Origin: Somniosus microcephalus
Lineage: Eukaryota
Direction of reading: 5' to 3'
Assembly: GCA_052327205.1 (NCBI GenBank)
Contig: CM126230.1
Coordinates: 24,366,001-24,430,000, forward strand
DNA: 64,000 bases
Numbering within the stretch: the stretch's first letter is position 1; every line of letters starts with the position of its first letter. The notes beneath the pieces are model-generated. The model saw only the letters and a program-made list of their open reading frames with translations. It had not been told where the DNA came from and made no database searches. Positions 24,167 to 35,789 of this stretch are shown one piece after another. A program made the translations under genes and the position numbers.

Positions 24167-24285
24167 TAAAAAAAATATATACTTTACTGAACATTAAGAA
24201 CATTTACAACATCGTGATCATTTCCTTGTATCATACAAATCAATTCCGCCGCTCTGCACAGCCATTCCGTCACCACATTTTAACA

Positions 24286-27200
24286 TCAAAACCTGAAGTT
24301 TAATTTGTCTCCTGTAACATATATTAATCGATTGTACTTTAAAAATTGTTTGTTATATACTATCTTTAAATTCCTTTCTGAATAAAACAGCCACAGAGCC
24401 GTATAATGATCTTTTAGCTTATATTTAAAATACTCTTTTAGATTGATTCTCCTCCCCTTAAAAAACAGAGCATTCCTTCTTTGCACAATCACGAATCTAG
24501 CCAAACTGAACATTAAATTAATTGCCGCTCCGCTAGACTCAGGCAGACTCTCCTGCAATCCCCATCTCAAAATTGAGTCCCACAGGATTCCCATTCTCGC
24601 TCTTCGGTCCCCACCCAGCAAAAAAACTTTGCACAACTGTTGAACATAGTACTTAAAATCATTTAACTGTGGACATAACACCAGTAAATGGGACAGAGTC
24701 TCATCCGATGTCCCACACACTGGGCAAGTTGCCCCCTCCACTCGTCCAATCTTGCACAAGACCGTGATGGTAAAAATCCGGTTATGAGCCAATTTGAAAT
24801 CCAGTTCAATCCACTCTGGACATTTAAAATTCGTCCACACTCCCTTCCAAATCCTGTTGAAGTTCAGCTGTGGGTATATACTCTGCCAAAACTCCTGACC
24901 AGCTGGTGTCTTGAATCTCCATTCTCTAAATAGAAATCTCGAGTATTACAGTTGTCAAATTGGACCAACTCTCCCCCTTTCTCCAGCAGAAAGCTTGGAA
25001 AAGCGGGACGCATTTTACTTCCTTTGGAGATTTCCGCATTTATTTCTTCCATCCAATCCTGTGGCATTGCGCTCACAATCTTCTCATACATGATCGCTAT
25101 TGCTTTTTCCTCTACCTCCTGATCCTCCTCCCACACCATTTCCCTCACTATCGCTTCCAGCAACCAACCTGGAATCACCTCGTATAATACATCTTTCACA
25201 GATATAATACCAGCTTTTATAAAAGCTTGATTAAATAAAACCTCTCCTTCAGTGTTGACCCACCTGTTCAAAAATAAGGGCTGTTCTAAAAATTCCTCAG
25301 CCCCCTTGGGCATAAACTGCACACTTTTTAAAAATTGGGCCCAAGTCTCTACAACCCCCTTATAAAACCTAGGGAGAAGTTTAATCGATTTCAAAAACAT
25401 ATTATTGTATTCCATATACAATATCCCCTGCCCTCCTATCCCACTTCGTTTTAAAAAATGCTCAAAACAATTCTTCCAAAAACTTGTATTTGACTTCTGA
25501 AGAAATCTCTTCACCCATTTGATTCTAAAGGATTTTTTCTTCAAATCAATATCTGGGAAATTGAGTCCTCCCTGATTTCTCCGTCCAATGATGGTATTGT
25601 AAGCCACCAAGGCTGGTTTCCCTTCCCATAAAAACCTCACGCAAGCCTCTCGGATGGACTTTTCCGCCCACTCAGGAATATCCTCCACCGTCAATAAGTA
25701 CAATAGCTTAGATAGCAGGAGAGCGGACACCAGTGTCGCTCTTCCTTGCACTTTCAACCACCTTCTTTCCCATCTTCCCCAAATCTTTTTAACTTTCATA
25801 ACCTTCGGTTCCCAATTTAATCGATCCACTTCTTCCCTGTCTTTCTTGTACCCCATATGCACCCCCAGAGCTTCCAAAACCCCCACCACCTTAAAGGGAC
25901 TTTCCCCCAACCATTCCCCCCTACCCTTCCTGCAACCAGGCATTGGGTCTTACTATAATTCACTCTGGCTCCTGAAGCTCTACAATATTCCTTCACTACA
26001 TCCATAGCTTTCCTCACTGACTCCCCATTTCTCAATGTTAAGGTTGTGTCATCTGCATATTGGTGTATCACCGACACCAACCCAGAACTGGGTACCACAA
26101 TCCCAACTACACCTTGTTTCTTTCGCATCATGTAACCTAATGGTTCTGCTACCAATGTGTACAGCAGTGGGGACAGGGGACAACCCTGTCTCACTGATCT
26201 CTGTATCGGAAAATACTTGGATAAAAAAACCATTACATTTAACACAGCTAAATATGTTTGAATAAAAAATCCTTATCCACTCAATGAAATTTTCCCTGAA
26301 ACCAAATGCTTCCAAAACCTTCAATAAAAACTCATGAGACACCCTATCAAAGGCTTTCTATTGATCTATCTTTAATACATAAGCCTCCCTCCCACTCTCT
26401 TCCATGAGCTCTATCGCATCTCGGATTGAGACCACAGAGTCTGCGATGTCCCAGCCTATGACTCCATAGGACTGAGAGGTCAAAACTATCTGCAGCAACA
26501 CCTCCTTCATACGATTTGCCATAACCCTCGCCAAGATCTTATAATCCACAGTTAATAATGTGATGGGCCTCCAATTCTTCAGATCCTGTCTATCCCCTTT
26601 ATTTTTATATAAGCTAAGCTTATGACACCTCTCCTCATAGATGGGGCCAGGCTTCCCTCAATTTTAATTTCCTTAAAAACTTTTAAGAGCAATGGACTTA
26701 AAATCTCAAAAAATTCTTTATAAAATTCTGCACTTAGTCCATCGGACCCTGGGCTTTACCCCCCCTTCATTCCACTTATTGCTACTTTTATTTCCGCTAA
26801 TCCTACTTCTTTGTCACACATGCTTCTCTCATCCTCCTTTAAACCCTCTTCAATAAAAGCACTAACCTTCTCCATCGCCAAATTGTCTTCTTTTGTATAT
26901 AACTCTTGATAAAAGCTGCTAGCCGCCTCTGAAATCTCCCCACTTTCATGAATGATCTTCTCCCCAACCTTCAACTCTCCAATGAATGATCATCTCTGTC
27001 GCAGCTTCTCTTGCTCTAGAAAATATCTAGTGCATCTTTCGCCCTCCAATGCACCTCTAGCCTTTGCATGGAGAATGGCCCCCTTGCATTTTAAAGCTGG
27101 CAATAATTCCCACTCTTCCTTTAGCACCCGGAACTTAGTCTCAGCTCCCTTATCCCCTCCGTCAACTGCTTTACAGACATCCATAAACCTTTTGTTTATA

Positions 27201-28130
27201 TTCTCTTCTCGACGCCGGTTAGCTGCCGCTCTCTTTTTCCCATAACGTACCGAAAAATCTTTTACCTCATATTTGAAATTGTCCCACCAAACTCTTCTTT
27301 CTTTCAAGAACAAAGGTTCCTTCCAAGCATTCTTTATTATATTTAAAATCCTTTCTTTATAAACAATTTCTTTCAGGTATTGATTGTTTAAAATCCACAC
27401 CCCTGAACCGATCTTAACTCTGCTGTTCCTAATTCTAAGAACCAAAGCCGAGTGGTCACTAAAAAATACTTTTTTTATAATAAATCTCCATCACCTCACA
27501 ACTTAACCCTTCCTGCATTAACACAAAATCTATTCAGCTCTGTTTTAAAACATCACCCACCCAACCTGCTCTGGAGAACTCCCTTTTTATGGGGTTCCAG
27601 TCCCTCCATAAGTCTCTCAAATTTAAATTTGCCATCATTTTTACAATCATCCCTCTGGAGTTATCATCCTTAAAGGTCATCTGGGCTGAAATGTCCATCC
27701 GAGATAAAAATACATTAAAATCCCCCACTATACAAGGATTTTTCACCTCTGCCACTTCAGTGAATGACCCCCAAAAAAACTTGCGACGCTTGCAATGGTC
27801 GTTCGGTGCATAGATATTAAAGAGATCACAATTAAATTCCTCCATTTTTACCCTTAGCCGCAAAAATCTCCCCTCAGTGTCCTTGTCCACCAAGGCAACG
27901 TTCTCTTTTATGGACGGACTCACCAAAACAGCCACCCCTCTACGGTTATTGTTTGCACAACTTGCAAACACCTCTCCCTTCCAAACCTTCTGAACTCTTT
28001 CTAGGATATTCTCATCCCAAAAGTTTTCTTGCAGACACAACAAGCCCGTGCCTTTAAAACCCTGCAACAACTGCTGCAATTTCTTCTCACCCCTCAGTCC
28101 ATTCACATTAATCGAGACCAATGTAATCAT
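24286..28130 (-). pseudogene. Tx1 ORF2 (APE endonuclease, RT, zinc finger)
   Basis: SINVNGL, CLQE, NIYAPN, VGDFN; DYKILARVMANR; RQGCPLSPLLY; YADD; CPVCG...HLLVLC; multiple frameshifts and stops. Confidence 0.93.
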
Positions 28131-28168
28131 GGCTCCGAAGAAGGGAAGTATGCCTGATAATCTCCCCA

Positions 28169-29988
28169 TCATTTAATCTCTGGCCCTTCCCTCCTCTCAT
28201 GCTGCTTCCCAACTTTTCGGCCAGCTGTTGCTTTTTCCTGCAGCCTCCGACTCTTTTTCACCTCCTGTTTGAACCTTCCTTGCTGTTTCAGCCTCTTCCT
28301 TGCATTAAGTTTGGGCCAAGGAGCTGCCCTTTCTCCCTCCTTCTGCCCCTCACTAACCTTTCCCTTTCCACATGATGCCACCCCACCCCTCACTTCCATG
28401 TCTCTGTCCCCCTCTAATTCCTCACTCTGAAGCTCTTCTGCAACCCTCTGTGCCTGCTCCCCATCAGATACATAATCCTGCTCCCTGTCAGATGCATCAT
28501 CTCCCATAGAGAATCTTTCTGCTATCGCAGTTTCTCCAACAGTGCCGCTCCCTTCGACCTCATCTCCACCTCTGACCCTTGCTCCCTGATCCTTCTCTCT
28601 CTGGGACAATGGCGCACCCATATTGCTCCCTTCTGGTGTCTTTGTCTCGCCGCTCCTGTCCTGCTGTCCCTTTAAGGCTCCTGCCTCTTGCACCCTCTCC
28701 TTGTCTTGCCCCCCCCTGCTCACCGAGATGTCTGACTCCCCGTCTTTCTTTGGGAACCACAATCCCAACTACACCTTGTTTCTTTTGCATCATGTAACCT
28801 AATGGTTCTGCTACCGATGTGTACAACAATGGGGACAGGGGACAACCCTGTCTCACTGATCTCTGTATTGGAAAATACTTGGATAAAAAAACCATTACAT
28901 TTACCACGCACCCCGCTCCCGCCTCCTCTCCACCCGCGGGCACCAGATTCTTTAGGGAGAGCTGAACCGTATTAAGGCTCGAGTCTGCACTCGACCCATG
29001 CTGCCCTCTGCTGTCTTTGTTCTTTTCCACTGTACTTTGTGTGTTTTCCACCATCTCCATCCTGTTCTCTGCTCTGCAATTTTCTGCCTCTTCCTGTGCT
29101 CTTTTCTCCTTCAATTTACCAGCTGTGTCCTCTGACTGCTCCTCTCCTCCGGCCGTTCCACTCACACCTCCTGCTCCTTCTCCCATCTCCTTGTCACTCA
29201 TAGAGCTTTCTTCTGCCTCACACTCACAGCAGGTGGAGCCTTTGTGACACACTCCACAGCTCTCTGCCTTGCAGCTCCGAATGATGTGTCCAGACTCGCC
29301 GCAATTATAACAGTTCAAGTCTGGACAGTTTCTTACAAGATGGTCGTGTCCAAGACAATAATAACAAACCTTCACTTGGTTATCATGCAGTACTCGGAAG
29401 TACTGCACTCCTTCCATTGTCTCGAATTTCATGCTGTACGGTAATGACCTCACCCCCTCTGGGAACCGCACCTTTAATAACGGGTTCCATCTGCTACCCG
29501 TGTTCCTGGATAGTATCTCCTCTTTATTGCTGAGCAAATTTTAATGTCCCACGATGCCAACTTTTTGATTAGCACATCGTCCTCAATATAAACTGGCAAG
29601 TTTAAGAATGAGACCACCACCTCTTCCGAATATAGCAGAGATACCTCCAAAAACTTATATCGCCAACTTTCAAACTGAGTAAAAGTCTTTCCACCTCCAC
29701 TCAGCCACTGACCATCACCTCGAACCCAACATTCGGCTTTGGTTGGCAGGCAAAGCAGCTTCCCTCACCACAGTCCTCATGTACCACTTGGATAATATCC
29801 CAAGCTCATAGCTCCTTATCCTCGCACTGAACCACCAACGTGTTTTCTTTTCCAAACCTCCTGGGGTCCCGGCCCAAATCTTTGGGCCTTTTTCTTTCCC
29901 TTCCAACCACAGTTTCTCCCCTAATTAAATTCCTCTCAGGAACACTGTCCTCTGAGGGGCCCGGCACTCTGGACCCCTCAGCAGCCAT
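28169..29988 (-). pseudogene. Tx1 ORF1 (Gag-like, zinc knuckles)
   Basis: CYYCLGHDHLVRNC and CYNCGESGHIIRSC knuckles, followed by a low-complexity acidic/basic region; frameshifted. Confidence 0.85.
28751..28907 (-). repeat. 157-bp copy of the element's own RT segment (26089-26245) inside ORF1
   Basis: Direct alignment at offset 2662 with about 7 mismatches. Confidence 0.93.
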
Positions 29989-30847
29989 CTGGCTGTTGTT
30001 TATGGGCCAAAAAGGCCCTAAAACCTGAAAAAAAAAGCCACCACCAACTTTTTACAAACTCACTCCAACTCCCTGCAGTAATCAGGCAACCAGTAACACC
30101 TGCTCACTCTTAGCCCCTCCCACCTAGAGAGTGCTACCCACTGAGCTACAGCTGATCTAAAGCAAAACTTATTTCAGTTTCCAAATAGAGGGCTGTGTGC
30201 AGAATCTGTAATCAGGACATGGCGTCGTGATTTACACGGACCATTCCATTACGAAAATTCTTTTCAACTTAATTGCTTAATCATTGGCAAGAAATTGCAA
30301 CAGCAAATATGAATGGGAAAAGCACTAATAATTGAATCTGAAAATGCAATAAAAGCAGCTTATTGCTGTATAACCCTCCTGCAATCTGCCTCGGTTCAAT
30401 CTTAAATCAAGCTTATTCAATTGAACATTGAGACTGCTTTAATTGCAGGCATGAGCCTGGAGCTGAATTTTAAATTTAAATGACACAAAACTTGGCCCAA
30501 TTTTCGTTTAATCACAGTGAAGTTACACTGCAGTTATTGGTTTGACGGCTATATCATTTTTACTGTTGCAAGTAAGCAGTGCTAAGTTGTCTACCCGATT
30601 CATGCTGCTCTCTGCTTAGTCAAAGCCGAGCTCTGTACCCGTGTACTTATAGCACGTGTACAGTGAACTTATCATCCTCTGACCTCTGGTGATAGCTCTG
30701 TTAGAAAAAGAGCCATTAGAACGACAGTTCTTTTCCAACATTAAAAATATTTATCTATCCAGGACAAGAGAAGGTCATCAGGCTCATACGTACTTGACCT
30801 AGCCCATCTGTTGATGTCATCTATTGAACCAACCATCCTTTCCCCCA

Positions 30848-31246
30848 AGCGGTAGCATAGTGGTTATGTTACTGGCCTAGTAATTTAGAAGATCCTCAAT
30901 TAATGATCTGGCGACATGAGTTCAAATCCCACCACGGCAGCTGGGGAATTTAGTTAAATAAACAAAAAAATCTGGTATAAAAAGCTAATATCTGTAATGG
31001 TGACCATGAAACTACTGGATTGTCTTAAAAACCCATCTGGTTCACTAATGTCCTTTAGGTAAGGAAATCTGCCATCCTTACCTGGTCTGGCCTATATGTG
31101 ATTCCAGACCCACAGCCATGTGGTTGACTCTTAACTGCCCTCTGAAATGATGGCTCACCACCGCCTTCTGAAGGACAATTAGGGATGGGCAATAAATGCT
31201 GGCCTTGCCAGCGATGCCCACATCCCATGAACAAATATAAAAAAAA
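30848..31246 (+). mobile_element. tRNA-derived SINE, second family
   Basis: A box tagcatagtgg, B box gagttcaaatcc; 3' tail gggatgggcaataaatgctggcc...cccacatccc, shared with the LINE ends at 17595 and 42920. Confidence 0.88.
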
Positions 31247-31747
31247 GCTCTGGTAGAGGCAACAGAAAACAAGGACCGGTAGTTAATTCAGGAGTCCTCT
31301 GTTAAAAATTCCTCTCTAATCAGGCAAGCCTCAGAAGGTAAATCTAAAGGCTATTTCAGCACATCACGAGGGCTACTGCTGAACTCATGCGACACCATCG
31401 CCTTAAGGTGTTCTCCCATCTGATATCAAATGCCATAATGACACTGACTCATCTGCAGTTATTATACTATTCATTATGCATTGCCACAGCACAGAATCCA
31501 CTTCAAATGATGTGGTATGGAGTATAATTGCATCAGGGTAAAATGGTCTATTCCTTTAAGAAAAGTGTATCAATATCCAAGAATGACAGTAGCTGTCATT
31601 TTTTTATCTGTACTGATAACCAACCATTTTGTCCAATCTGTGCCACCATATTGTGAGTTCAGAAGCGTGCTTTTGACTTCCCATGAAGGAATTAGAAGTC
31701 AGTGACAGCTAAGTCGTTATTTTTCATCCCTTTTTTATAACGTCAAT

Positions 31748-32513
31748 TTAGGGCCAATTTGGGTTTCATCCAAACTCTCCCCACGTTTATAAAGCAAGCC
31801 ATCTGATTCAGTTTTTTGTAGATATGCATTCGACTGTCCTGCTGATTTATATGCCATCCTAGGGAATTTATGGATTCGATTAATCTATTCCTCTTGGTAG
31901 TGCTGCCAAATCTCATGATTTAGGGAGCCGTCCATTTCCTCCCTCTGAACCCTCATATTGTTCTTGGCTGAAAGAAGTCAGTGAGCATTCCCTCCCTGGT
32001 GTTGCTGGCGAGAATACTGATTCTCTCTGGCCCTGGGTATTCCCACTGCCTATTCCATCTTGTTGTCAGAACTCGTTGAGGGTTTTGACAGTTGAAGTAA
32101 TAAGTTGTAAAGTAATAAAATGTGTTAAAAATATCAAAAGCTTAATGATCTGAAACGTGACCTGCACCATGTTCCATTAATATCACACGTTGTTGAACTT
32201 GGTTGGCATATAAATCAGTAATGCAGATGCAATGATACATTGGCAGATTTTGATATCTTCATATAAAGTTGTCTTGTGGACTTAAGGGCTAGTTTATAAC
32301 AAGTCCATTATCAATAAATAAACCAGACCTTGAAATCGGATAGCACAAACACTTTAAACTGTGCAGTAATTGTTAAATTTACAGTTAGAAAATAGTCTCA
32401 GGATATAGCTCATTAAATAACTTCAATTTGTTTTTCATTTTAGTCTAAATAGTTTATTGAACTTACAGATATTAGGGCCAATTTGGGTTTCATCCAAACT
32501 CTCCCCACGTTTA
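31748..32513. repeat. Exact 42-bp dispersed direct repeat (31748-31789, 32472-32513)
   Basis: ttagggccaatttgggtttcatccaaactctccccacgttta occurs twice, 724 bp apart. Confidence 0.9.
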
Positions 32514-33164
32514 CACAACGATATTAAAGGTTATAACGTGTTTAGAAAAACAGATGAGACTCTTGATAAATAATTATTATATTTTACTTGTATATTGCAC
32601 ACTGGGAATTGCTTATAATTCTTTGTTATGAATATTATGCCCTGGTTGGTACATTGTGAAATAAGCCACTTACTGCCTTAATGCTAAATATTTCTGCAAT
32701 AATATTTTTGGGTCATTAAGATCTGAAAATTTGATGACATCACATTTCATCGTTGTAATTATACCGTGTGAATATTAGCAGATGAACATATAACTTATGA
32801 AATCCTCCATTAAAATACTGATTCATTTCATGCGAATGAGTTAATAATTCACACACTAATACGCAGTGTAATTAGGAATCAACACCACAAGACCTGATGT
32901 CAGTGTTAGGTAGCCAGCATGATGTGTACGTAGCTCTGATAACATTAAGTTATGGGAAGCAATGGAAGTGTATAAAATACAGATGGGAATTCGGTGAACC
33001 TGCTGTTTAAAAATTACATTGTTATGGGTTAGGCCCCCCCGTTTTAAGATATTTTCTCATGTTCCCCCTTTCATGAATCTCCAAGCATCGTTTCCTGGCA
33101 CACGATCTGCCTCAATTTCGCTGCCATTGATGTTGTATAACCGTCCACTGGAAGGTGAGTATGA

Positions 33165-34046
33165 CTTTAACTTTTAAAATTCCCATCCTTGTTTTCAAAT
33201 CCCTCCATGGCCTCGCACCCCCCCTATCTCTGGAAACTCCTCCAGCCCTACAAACCTCCCCCCCACCCCACCCCGAGATCTCTGCATTCCTCCAGTTCTA
33301 GGCTCTTGTGCATCCCCAATTGACATCACCCCGCCATTGGTGGCCGTGCCTTCAGCTGCCAATGCCTTGAGCTCTGGAATTCCCTCCCTAGCTGTGGCTC
33401 AGTGAGTAGCACCCTCGCCTCTGAGTCAGAATGGTTGCGGGTTCAAGTCCCCACTCCAGAGACTTGAGCACATAAAGCTAGGCTAACACTCAAGTGCAGT
33501 GCTGAGGGAGTGCTGCACTGTCGGAGCTGCTGTCTTTCGGATGAGACGTTAAACCGAGGACCCGTCTGCTCTCTCAGGTGGACGTAAAAGATCCCAGGGC
33601 ACTATTTCGAAGAAGAGCAAGGGAGTTATCCCCGGTGTCCTGGCCAATATTTATCCCTCAACCAACATAACAAAAACAGATTATCTGGTCATTATCACAT
33701 TGCTGTTTGTGGGACCGTGCTGTGCACAAATTGGCTGCCGCATTTACAACAGTGCCTACACTTTTAAAGTGCTTCATTGGCTGTGAAGCGCTTTGAGACG
33801 TCCGGTGGTCGTGAAAGGCGCTATATAAATGCAAGTCTTTCTTTCTAAACCTCTCGACCTTGCTACCTCTCTTTCCTCCTTTATGTCGCTCCTTAAAACC
33901 TACCTCTTTGATCAATCCTTTGGTCATCTGTCCTAACATCTCTTTACGTGGCTCGGTGTTAAGTTTTGTCTGATAATGCTCCTGTGAAGCGCTTTGGGAC
34001 ATTTTACTACTTTAAAGGCGCGATATAAATGCAAGTTGTTGTTGTT
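33165..34046 (+). mobile_element. L2 LINE 3' end interrupted by a DeuSINE
   Basis: ttttaaaattcccatccttgttttcaaatccctccatggcctc...ctctggaattccctccct | aaacctctc...aaatgcaagttgttgttg tail. Confidence 0.85.
33391..33846 (+). mobile_element. DeuSINE, full-length
   Basis: A box tggctcagtgag, B box ggttcaagtcc, Deu core, tail gcaagtctttctttct. Confidence 0.92.
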
Positions 34047-34247
34047 GCCAGCCTTTCTCTCACCTCCTACCATTTTCCCTCCAGCGTCTGCTTAGTACCA
34101 CCCAAGATCTGGCGAAAATGTGAAGGTTCGTGGGCATGACTTGCTCCTCTGCGATGGAACACACTGGGGTCGGACCATGGTGAGCACCAGTTTACTGATA
34201 AGTGTCTGCCTGGGTCTGTCTTTGCGTCCAAGGATTAATCCTTTGAG

Positions 34248-34430
34248 ATAACAACAGAAAACACTGGAAAAACTCAGCAGGCCAGGCAACATCCGTGGAG
34301 AGAGAAACAGAGTCAACGTTTCGGGTCGAAACCCTTCGTCAGGACTGAGAGAAAAGGCAGGAAATGAAACAAAAGGCAGTTTGGGGGCTGGGAAATGGGG
34401 GAGGGGATGAAAGAAGAGACATTAAGGAAC
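34248..34430 (-). mobile_element. Penelope-like terminal remnant
   Basis: Homologous to one arm of the 58110-58345 hairpin; contains a hammerhead motif. Confidence 0.7.
34311..34346 (-). ncRNA. Minimal type I hammerhead ribozyme motif
   Basis: agtc-CTGACGA-a-gggt-ttcg-accc-GAAACGTT-gact: stem I agtc/gact, stem II with a UUCG loop. Confidence 0.75.
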
Positions 34431-34459
34431 AAGGTTGAAGAGCTTTTGAGGCTTGTCAC

Positions 34460-34649
34460 TGTAGTGTATGTACTTTGCAGAAGGAACTATATTCTGCAGC
34501 CCTGTATACTGCAGTACCAGTAGTGACCACCCCTGTATATACGCCTGTGTAGTAACTTTTGCATAGTAGTTCCAGGTTGCCTCCATTCAGTAAAGACCTG
34601 TTATAACCAACTCCTGCAGTCCGTGTCTCAATTATACACGGACATAATA
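34460..34649 (+). mobile_element. Solo LTR related to the G2/G3 LTRs
   Basis: Starts TGTAGTGTATGTAC, ends ...ATAATA; 5-bp TSD GTCAC (34455-34459, 34650-34654). Confidence 0.85.
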
Positions 34650-34695
34650 GTCACAGACTTTGCATCGGAAAACTGAGGGGATCGGGTGGAAGGCT

Positions 34696-34861
34696 AGTTT
34701 TACACCCCACTCGTTTGACTATATAGTTTTACACCCCACTCGTTTGACTATATAGTTTTACACCCCACTCTTTTGACTATATATTTTTACACCCTGCTCG
34801 TTTGACTATATAGTTTTACACCCCGCTCGTTTGACGATATAGTTTTACACCCCACTCGTTT
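34696..34861. repeat. 29-bp minisatellite, ~5.7 copies
   Basis: Unit agttttacaccccactcgtttgactatat. Confidence 0.92.
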
Positions 34862-35374
34862 TCACTTTCCATTGACTGTAAAGCCAGCGTTGCGGCCAAT
34901 CCCGTCAGCGTCCAGACAGGCGGGTTAAACTTGTGCCCCCCTGCTGTTTTATTAATGCTGAGAGGAATTGTTGCTAATTAAAATCAGAAGCCAAGACAAC
35001 TAGCAGGAGAAATGTTAAGTGTTACAAATGTTTACCATGCGTTATTGTAAAAAGAGGCATTTGGCAGGAGAACAGGCGGAACGTGTTATCGCAATTAGTT
35101 CCCAGCAGTGTGCATCGAACTGACTATATTGAAAGGGGCATGAGAAAGTGTTCGGCTAACTTTTATTCATTTGCTTCCAAAACACCGCGCAATGATGTAA
35201 ATTGTGTTAAAATTTATCGTCCATCATTTAAATGAAAGTGACCCATGACACTTCTCTTTTCTGTCACTCTATCCTCCCCTGACATCTGAAGCTCGTGCGC
35301 CTCTTTAAGAAGAATGAAACATTTGGCTTTTCCGTCTTGGAAATAATATCGAAAGTCATTTATAATGTCACATT

Positions 35375-35526
35375 CAAAAGGGAATTGCGTATATCCTTGA
35401 TGAGAGAAATTTGCAGGGCTATTGGGGAAAAGGGCAGGGGGGAGTGAAACTAATTGGATAGCTCTTTCAAAGAGCCGGCACAGGCACGCTGGGCTGAATG
35501 GCCTCCTTCTGAGCTGTATGATTCTA
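35375..35526 (+). mobile_element. CR1 tail fragment
   Basis: aattggatagctctttcaaagagccggc...ggcctccttctg...gtatgattcta. Confidence 0.75.
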
Positions 35527-35789
35527 GGGGGGGGCGATTGAGGTCTATCCCCCCCCGCCGGTGGAAACCTGGTGGGTGGCCGGTTAAAATCGCCCGGTTT
35601 ACTTATTGTCGGAAATCTGCCAAGAAGACACCGTTCCGAATATTTAGCCGCTCTACTGAGCAGGCAGCAAGGACACCTGCTCAAAGCCAGTGGGGTCTTC
35701 CTTTGCATATGCAATTCGGGACCCGATGATCTCATCCAGACTTGACTGGTGGTCTGAGCGGGGAAGCCGCTGTGGGTTTTAGAAACATA

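Larger units (their letters stand above)
24167..30127 (-). mobile_element. Tx1-clade (L1 group) LINE, near full-length, degenerate
   Basis: ORF1 with CCHC knuckles; ORF2 with APE, RT and a C-terminal zinc finger; 15-bp TSD AG(G/A)GTGCTACCCACT at 24152-24166 and 30128-30142. Confidence 0.92.

Noticed and set aside
33391-33460. tRNA genes at A/B-box motifs
   Set aside because: All are SINE heads that continue into SINE bodies; none forms a complete cloverleaf.
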